A stretch of 64,000 nucleotides of DNA, from the NCBI GenBank assembly GCA_033442325.1, contig JAWQFM010000024.1, positions 757,716 through 821,715 of the forward strand. The letters run 5' to 3'. The notes beneath the pieces were generated by a model that saw nothing but the letters and a program-made list of their open reading frames with translations, was not told the DNA's origin and did no database searches. Of this stretch, positions 58,101-64,000 are shown one piece after another (the first letter of the stretch is position 1; each line of letters opens with the position of its first letter). This DNA comes from Salpingoeca rosetta. Lineage: Eukaryota; Protista; Choanoflagellata. The translations under genes and the position numbers were made by a program.

Positions 58101-61100
58101 GGCGCCGCTGTTGGCGTCCACGGCAAACTTGCCGGCCGAGTTGCCGCCCGTGATGCTGAAGGAGGCAATGCCGGTGCGGTTGGTGGCGACCGTCGCCACC
58201 GTCGTGCCGATGCTGGCCGACTCGGCCAGGTCCGCCGTGTAGCGCGAGCTGGTGAACAGCGGGAAGTCGGGCGACGTCTCCACCACGTTGATGAGCACAT
58301 ACATGGTGTCGGAGAGATCGCCATCAGAGGCAGACAGCTGCAGCGAGAAGGAGGAGCGCTCGGCAAAGTCCAGCTCGCGCACGAGCGTGATCACGCCGCC
58401 AACCGTGTCGAGGTCAAACGTGGGCGGCGTCGTGTCCCCGCTCACCACGCGGTAGCGGATCTCCGCCTCGTCTGCGCAGTCCTGGTCCGTTGCCTCCACG
58501 CGCGTGACGTAGTCGCCCAGGGAGGCTGTCTCCAGCAGCGTCACCCGCACCAGGTCCTGCGTGAACACGGGAGCAAACGCGTTGCCCGCCGTCACGGTGA
58601 TGGTGAACTGCGTGTCGGTCGACTGCGGCGGCGTCCCCGTGTCCGTGGCGCGCACAATGAGGTTGTACGTGCTCTTGTCGGCTGCGCAGAGCGGCCCAAG
58701 CGCGCGCACAATCACTCCAGTGGTGGGATCGACGCGGAAGGCGGAGCCCGCATCGCCACCGACAATGTTGAAGAGCACCAGGTCGCCGTCGCCGTCCGTC
58801 GCCTTGACCGTGCCAATCGCTGAGCCCGCAGACGCGGTGTCCGTCACGCTGGCAGACATCTGCGTGTGCGTGAACACGGGCTTGTGGTCGTTCACGTTGC
58901 CGACGGCGATGGTGATGGTGGTGGTGGCCGTGTTGGGCACGGGCGTGGCGCTGTCCGAAGCCTGCACGCGAAGCTCGTAGGTGTCCTGCACCTCGTAGTC
59001 GAGCGGCTCAACCAGCGTCACGATGCCCGTAGTAGCGTTCACGGAAAACGCGCTCATGTGCACGCTGGTGTTGCCGTTGACGCTCAGCAGCGCGTACGAC
59101 ACGCTGTCAAAGCAGTCGCCGTCCGTGGCGTACGCCGTGGCCACCGCGGTCGGCGCCTGCACAGACTCGAGCACGCTCACGGTGGCATCCGGCACGCTGA
59201 AGACGGGCGCGTTGGCGTTGCCGGGCAGGATGGTGACGTTGGCCGTGGCCGTGGCCGTGCGGGTGCCGTCGCCCGCCTCAATCTGCAGCAGGTACGTCAC
59301 GCCGGGGCTGTTGCGGTCGGCCAGGCACAGGCGGTGGCGCGGGAAGACGTTGCCCGTCGTCACTTCAATGGCAAACGGGAAGGCGGCCGTGGCCAGGGAG
59401 ATGGGCCCGGTCGCAGACACAATGCGATGCACCACAGGCAGGGCAAGCGCGTCTGCATCCGTGGCCTGCACCCGTAGCACGGGGGCGCCAACCGCCACAC
59501 CGTCGTGTACCACGGCGCTGTACTCCGTGTTGGCAAACACGGGCGCCTCATCGTCGACGTCCGTCACGGTGATGGTGAGCAAGGACACGTCGGTCTTGCC
59601 ACCCGCATCCGCCACCTGCACGCCCATGACAAACTGGCGCGGCTGGCCGTTGGCCTGCTCGTAGTCGAGCGCCCGTGCCAGCGTGAGCACGCCGCTTGCG
59701 CTGTCCAGCACAAAGGTGGCCGGCGTCGTGTCGCCGGAGATGACGCTGTAGGTGAGGGCGTAGTCGTCCCCGCAGTCCGCGTCCGTGGCGGCCAGCGTGG
59801 TGATGACCGTGCCGGTGGCCGTGTTCTCGGGAACAGACACGCTCGCCGTGCTCACCGCAAACGATGGGGACGCGGCATTCGCGTTGGTGACCGTCACATC
59901 AAACACGGCCACGCCAGCAGCGCTTGCGGGAAAGGCCGTGTCTGCCACGCTGAGCACGAGGCGGCGCAACGGCTCTGTGTCGGCGCACAGGAGGCCGGCC
60001 TGGTTCACGCGAAGCTCGCCAGAGCTGGCGCCCAGCGAGAACGCGCCGTCATCGTTGCCGGCAGTGATGGAGAAGGTGTGCGTGGCAGAGACGGTGCCGG
60101 CAGAAACGAGGCCGACGAGGGTGCCCGCAGCCGCGTTCTCCGCCACGTTGGCCGTGTACATGGGCTGCGAGAACGCCGGCGCGTTGGGGTCCGCGGCGAC
60201 GACGCGCACGCGCACGTTGGCCTGATCCGTGTTGGATGCGCCATCCTGCGCCTGCACGGTCAGAATCTCCTCGTCGCCCTGCTGCAGGGAGCTGGAGGCC
60301 ACGACAATGAGACCCGCAGACGTCACCGACACGCGGGAGCTGGGACCGCCCACCTGCGAGTAGGTGAGTGTCGTGTCCTCGCAGTCCGCGTCCGTGGCGC
60401 TGAGCACCAGCACCACAGAGTTGAGGGCGGCGTCAGCAGCCACGTTGGCCTCATACAGTACAGTGGAGAACGCGGGCGCAAACGTGTTGCCCGCGGTGAG
60501 GGTGACGGTGAGCACGGCGTCCGTGTACAGGGACGTGGGTTCACCGTCATCGGTCGCGCGCACAACGAGGGTGTACGTGTCAAGCAGGCTCGCGCACAGG
60601 GGCGCGGCCACGGTGATGGCGCCCGTGCTCGCGTCAATGGCAAAGGCATTGTCTGCGTTGCCAGAGACGAAGCTGAAGGCAACGGCGTCGCCATCCGCGT
60701 CCGTGGCGCTGGCCGTGGTCACGGCCGTGCCTGTGGAGGCGTCTTCGGAGAGGGTGACGGAGGCCTGGCCCAGGGACAGCACGGGTGCGTTGTCGTTGGT
60801 GTTGTTGACGGTGATGGTGAGGGTGAGCTCGTCAAACTCGGGCGGGTGCGTGCTGTCGCCCTCGTCTGTGGCGCGCACGGTGAGCGTGTACGAGCTGGCG
60901 TCAGCGTAGTGGATGGCAGAGGCCACAAATACCTCGCCAGTGTTGGCGCCCACGCCAAACACGGCCACGCTTGGGTCGCCGGTGAGCAGGTGCCCCGTGC
61001 CCTCGAGCGTGTACGTGAGGCGGTCACCGCAGTCCACGTCCACGGCCTGCACGGTGGTCACGCGCGTGCCCACGGTGGCACCCTCCACCACGGAGGCCGT

Positions 61101-64000
61101 GGCGCTGGTGCTGGGGAACGCGGGCGCGTGCGCGTCGCCCAGGAGCACGTCGATGAGGACGGGCACGGAGGCCTTGCGCGCCGGGGAGCCGTTGTCGCTG
61201 GCCTCGACCAGCAGCGTGTACGACGACTGGTCGTTGAGGCACAGGTTGCGCTGGCGGCTAATCTCGCCCGTGGTGGTGTTGATGGCAAACACGCCAGCGT
61301 CGTCGCCGTCCACAATCGAGTACGTGATGTGGCACGTGTCGCACGCGTCGCTGTCTGTGGCCTCCACCTGCAGGAACGGCATGCCCTGCGCCAGGGTCTC
61401 CACCACGCTCACGCTGTACAGCGGGAGGCTGAATGCCGGGTCAAACTCGTTCACGTCGAGGATGGTCACCTTGACCACGACCGAGTCAAAGGCCGGGTCG
61501 GGCGTGGCGTCGTCCTGCACGCGCACGACAACGTCAAACGAGGTGTGCTCTTCGCGGTTGGTGGGGCCCGTGGTGAGCAGCTGGCCGTTGGAGTTGATGC
61601 GGAACCAGCGCGACGTGCCCGTGCCGCCCACGATGCTGTACAGCACAGAGTCGCCGCAGTCCGGGTCGACCGCGGAGATGGTGGTCACCAGCGTGTCGCT
61701 GGGCAGGCCCTCCTGCAGCGCGGCCGAGGGCAGCTCGTTGGCAATGACGGGGGGCCGGTTGTCGACAATGCGCACAATCACGTTGACCTGCGCAGAGGAG
61801 ATGCGGCCGCCGCCGTCCGTGGCGCGCACGGTGAGGTCGTAGGAGGAGCTGGCAGAGCCGCACAGGGCGCCCGTGTTGGAGATGGCGCCCGTGGTGCTGT
61901 TGATGGAGAAGAGGCCGTCAATCGTGTCCGCGAGCGTGTAGGTGACGGTGCCAAACGCGCCGGCATCCGGGTCCGTGGCCTTGGCGGTGTACACGGTGGT
62001 CGGGTACGACACCTCGTCAATGGCCTGCGTCACGGGCGACTGCGCAAAGGAGGGCGAGTTGTCGTTCTCATCATCAATGATGATGACAACCGTGGCCAGG
62101 CCAACAAAGGAGCCGGACGTCACGGTTGCGGTGACCTCAATCTGCGGCGTCGCCTCGCGGTCCACGTTCCCCGTCGACACAAGCACGCCCGTCGCCGTCT
62201 GCATCATAAAGGGCAGGTTGGACCCCTGCAGGCCGTACATGAGCGTCTGCCCCTGCTGCAGGCAGTCCACGTTGTGCGCGACGAGCGCGGGGCTCAGCTC
62301 CACGCCAGAGCCCTGGTTCTCGCGGAAGTGGAACACGTAGCTGTCCTTCTCAAACGCGGGCGGGGAGTCGGTCACGTCCTCCACCAGCACGGTGACCGTG
62401 GTCGTGGTCTCCATGGGCGGCGTGCCCGAGTCGCGCGCCGTGACGTACAGCAGAATCGACTCCACAAACCCGGTGCCGTTGACGTTGGGCTTGCACGTGG
62501 AGTTGCCGCGCAGCTGCTCAAAGTCCACGCGCTGCTTCAGCCACAGGCCGCCCGTGGCGGAGTCGAGCTCAAACACGCCGTTGGGGTCGCCCGAGGCGAT
62601 GCTGTAGTTGACCTGCGCGTTGGCGCCCTGGTCCGGGTCCAGGGCCACAATGGACAGGAACGTGCGCTCCACGGGCTTGCTCTCGGCGATGGTGACCGTG
62701 TAGTTGGTGCGGTCGAACATGGGCGCGTTGTCGTTCTCGTCCAGCACGTTCACGGTGACGGTGGCGTCGGCGTGGTTGGCGGGGTCCGACGCGCGAATCG
62801 TCAGCACGTACTGCGCGCGCAGCTCACGATCAAAGGACGTGTTCTGGTACACGGCGCCCGTGAGCTCGTCCACGTAGAAGAACTGCCGCATCTCCACGGG
62901 CAGGAGGGAGTAGCGGATCTGGGCGTTGAGGCCCGCGTCCGCATCCGAGGCGTTGGCGAGCAGCAGGAACTTGGGCCACGGCCCGTTCTCGCGCACGGCG
63001 ACGCTCGTCTGCGTGAAGCCAAAGGTGGGCAGGTTGTCGTTGATGTCGCGCAGGATGAGGGAGATGGTGACGTTTGGCCCCGTCTGTGGCGGGACACCGC
63101 TGTCATGCACGCCAATCACCAGCGTGCGGCCGTGCCCCATCGCCTCGCGGTCAAAGACGGCCTTTGTCACGATGGAGCCCGAGTCGCCCATCTCAAACAG
63201 GTCCTCCTCGTTGCCCGTGAGGATGGTGAAGGCCGGGCGCGCGTTGGCGCCGAGATCCACGTCTGTCACGGCCAGGCGGTACACCAGCGTGCCCACCGGC
63301 TGCTCCTCGTCAAAGTACACCGTGACGTTGGTCGTGTCTGGGATGGGCGGGTTGTCGTTGATGTCGGTGATGGTGATCTGCACGCGCGCCTCCGAGGAGA
63401 GCGGGGGCGTGCCCAGGTCCGTGGCGCGCACAACAAACTCAATCTCCGGCAGGCCGTTCGGGAGCAGGGCCTCCCGGTCCAGGTCGGCAGCCACCTTGAT
63501 GGCGCCCGTGTACTCCTCCACGGTGAACCGCGTCTCGTTGACAATGGCGTAGCGCATCTCGTACTCGGCAGAGGGCGGGCGGTCCGGGTCCGTGCTGGAC
63601 ACGTTGAGCACGGTGAAGCCGATGCTGCTGTGCTCGGGCATGGACCCTCGGAAGAGCGGCCGCGAAAACACGGGCGGCTCCACGTTGGCGTTGTCCACGA
63701 TGACGGTGACGGTTGCTGGCAGCACGGCGCGGCCGGGCGGGTCGCCGCCGTCCTGGGCGTTGATGTTCAGCGTCAGCACGCGGCGCTCGTCGTACGAGAC
63801 CACCTTGGACGTGCGCAGGAGCTGCCCCGTGGTGCGCCCCACGGTGAAGAAGCCCTCGTCCGTGGCGCCGGAGATGCTGTAGGTGACGTTGCCCAGCGCG
63901 CCAGAGTCCTGGTCTGTGGCAAACACGGACGCCACGAGCGTGCCTGCAGGCACGTTCTCCAGCATGTTGACGGTGATGTCCGTGTCGTTGAACACGGGCA
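39374..64000 (-). CDS. Giant coherin-type cadherin (EC repeats + TMEM132-like + cohesin + dockerin + Kunitz + TM + acidic tail); 5' end beyond the window; interrupted at 46411-46890 and by the N-gap 43204-43686
   Basis: Three ORF pieces (46887-63995, ~43687-46410, 39374-43174). Dozens of PE/LDRE/DxNDNxP/ATDxD cadherin motifs, two cohesin-like domains, two dockerin-like GDANGD..D pairs, a 6-Cys Kunitz (FYGCQGNANNF) and a TM helix ILIAGFTAAALLVFIVLLLLLL. Confidence 0.92.
42281..42445 (-). other. Kunitz/BPTI domain within the cadherin
   Basis: CLLPRASGSTNCNLGAPVTRYRYDRSTATCVAFDFYGCQGNANNFETKHECETTC: six Cys in Kunitz spacing, with the GCxGNxNNF signature. Confidence 0.9.
42770..44195 (-). other. 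Cohesin-like domain, polybasic/poly-Ser linker and dockerin-like domain (copy 2)
   Basis: ARDDEFEVPVIIN..LGAIDLEIRYSTAFLE..ELARITFR; TRRRRRSSSSS..RRERARR; GDANGDCEFDIRD and DADLNDEINLAD. Confidence 0.75.
43204..43686. other. Assembly gap (483 N), probably spurious
   Basis: The 29 nt left of the gap (43175-43203) are identical to the first 29 nt right of it (43687-43715). Confidence 0.85.
46411..46890. other. ~480-bp block of foreign composition interrupting the cadherin CDS
   Basis: Hand count gives ~49% GC, against visibly much GC-richer flanks. It is TA-rich, lacks the host codon periodicity and microsatellites, and introduces an in-frame TAG at 46887-46889. Boundaries are accurate to a few nt. 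Confidence 0.85.
48740..49563 (-). other. Cohesin-like domain, polybasic/poly-Ser linker and dockerin-like domain (copy 1)
   Basis: ASVGDTITVRVAMN..FGAFTLRMFYDDAKLE..VATIKFNV (cohesin-like); ARRRRRSSSSSSSSS..RGRR; GDANGDCVFDIVD and DADRNGLIDSID (paired F-hand motifs). Confidence 0.75.
52600..64000 (-). repeat. Array of roughly 35 extracellular cadherin (EC) repeats
   Basis: About 3800 aa with ~105-110 aa periodicity of DxNDN/NxxAP, ATDxD, Y.I..GN and TG.I motifs; the count is estimated from length. Confidence 0.9.

Noticed and set aside
50802-58823. Very long plus-strand ORFs (1229 aa and 1409 aa) and similar ones opposite the cadherin
   Set aside because: Antisense shadows of a GC3-biased CDS; the translations are Arg/His/Gly-rich with no recognisable motifs.

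Overview
Eukaryotic, intron-rich genomic DNA with GC-rich exons, (CA/TG)n-filled introns and four N-gaps. Gene content and style suggest a choanoflagellate, probably Salpingoeca rosetta (inference). From 1 to 39 kb it holds a secreted Cys-rich/(SPP)n protein, an L-domain/FN3 receptor tyrosine kinase with an insulin-receptor-like activation loop and YxxM tail, TMBIM4, a secreted LamG/mucin/vWA protein, ThrRS, an NSDHL-like SDR, a katanin con80-only protein, a bacterial-type L/F-transferase homologue, two hypothetical genes and UBE2K. From 39.4 kb to the window end, the minus strand carries one giant, apparently intronless 'coherin'-type cadherin (>8000 aa visible; N-terminus outside the window). 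It has ~35 EC repeats in which alternate Ca2+ junctions appear swapped for Cys pairs. These are followed by two tandem [TMEM132-like / cohesin / polybasic furin-type site / dockerin / EC-EC] supermodules, a Kunitz domain, a TM helix and an acidic tail with GILK+RVSF PP1 motifs. The cadherin is broken by a ~480-bp block of foreign composition (46411-46890, ~49% GC, no TSD/TIR) that appears to replace coding sequence. It also spans a 483-N gap that is probably spurious, because the flanks overlap by 29 nt and rejoin in frame.
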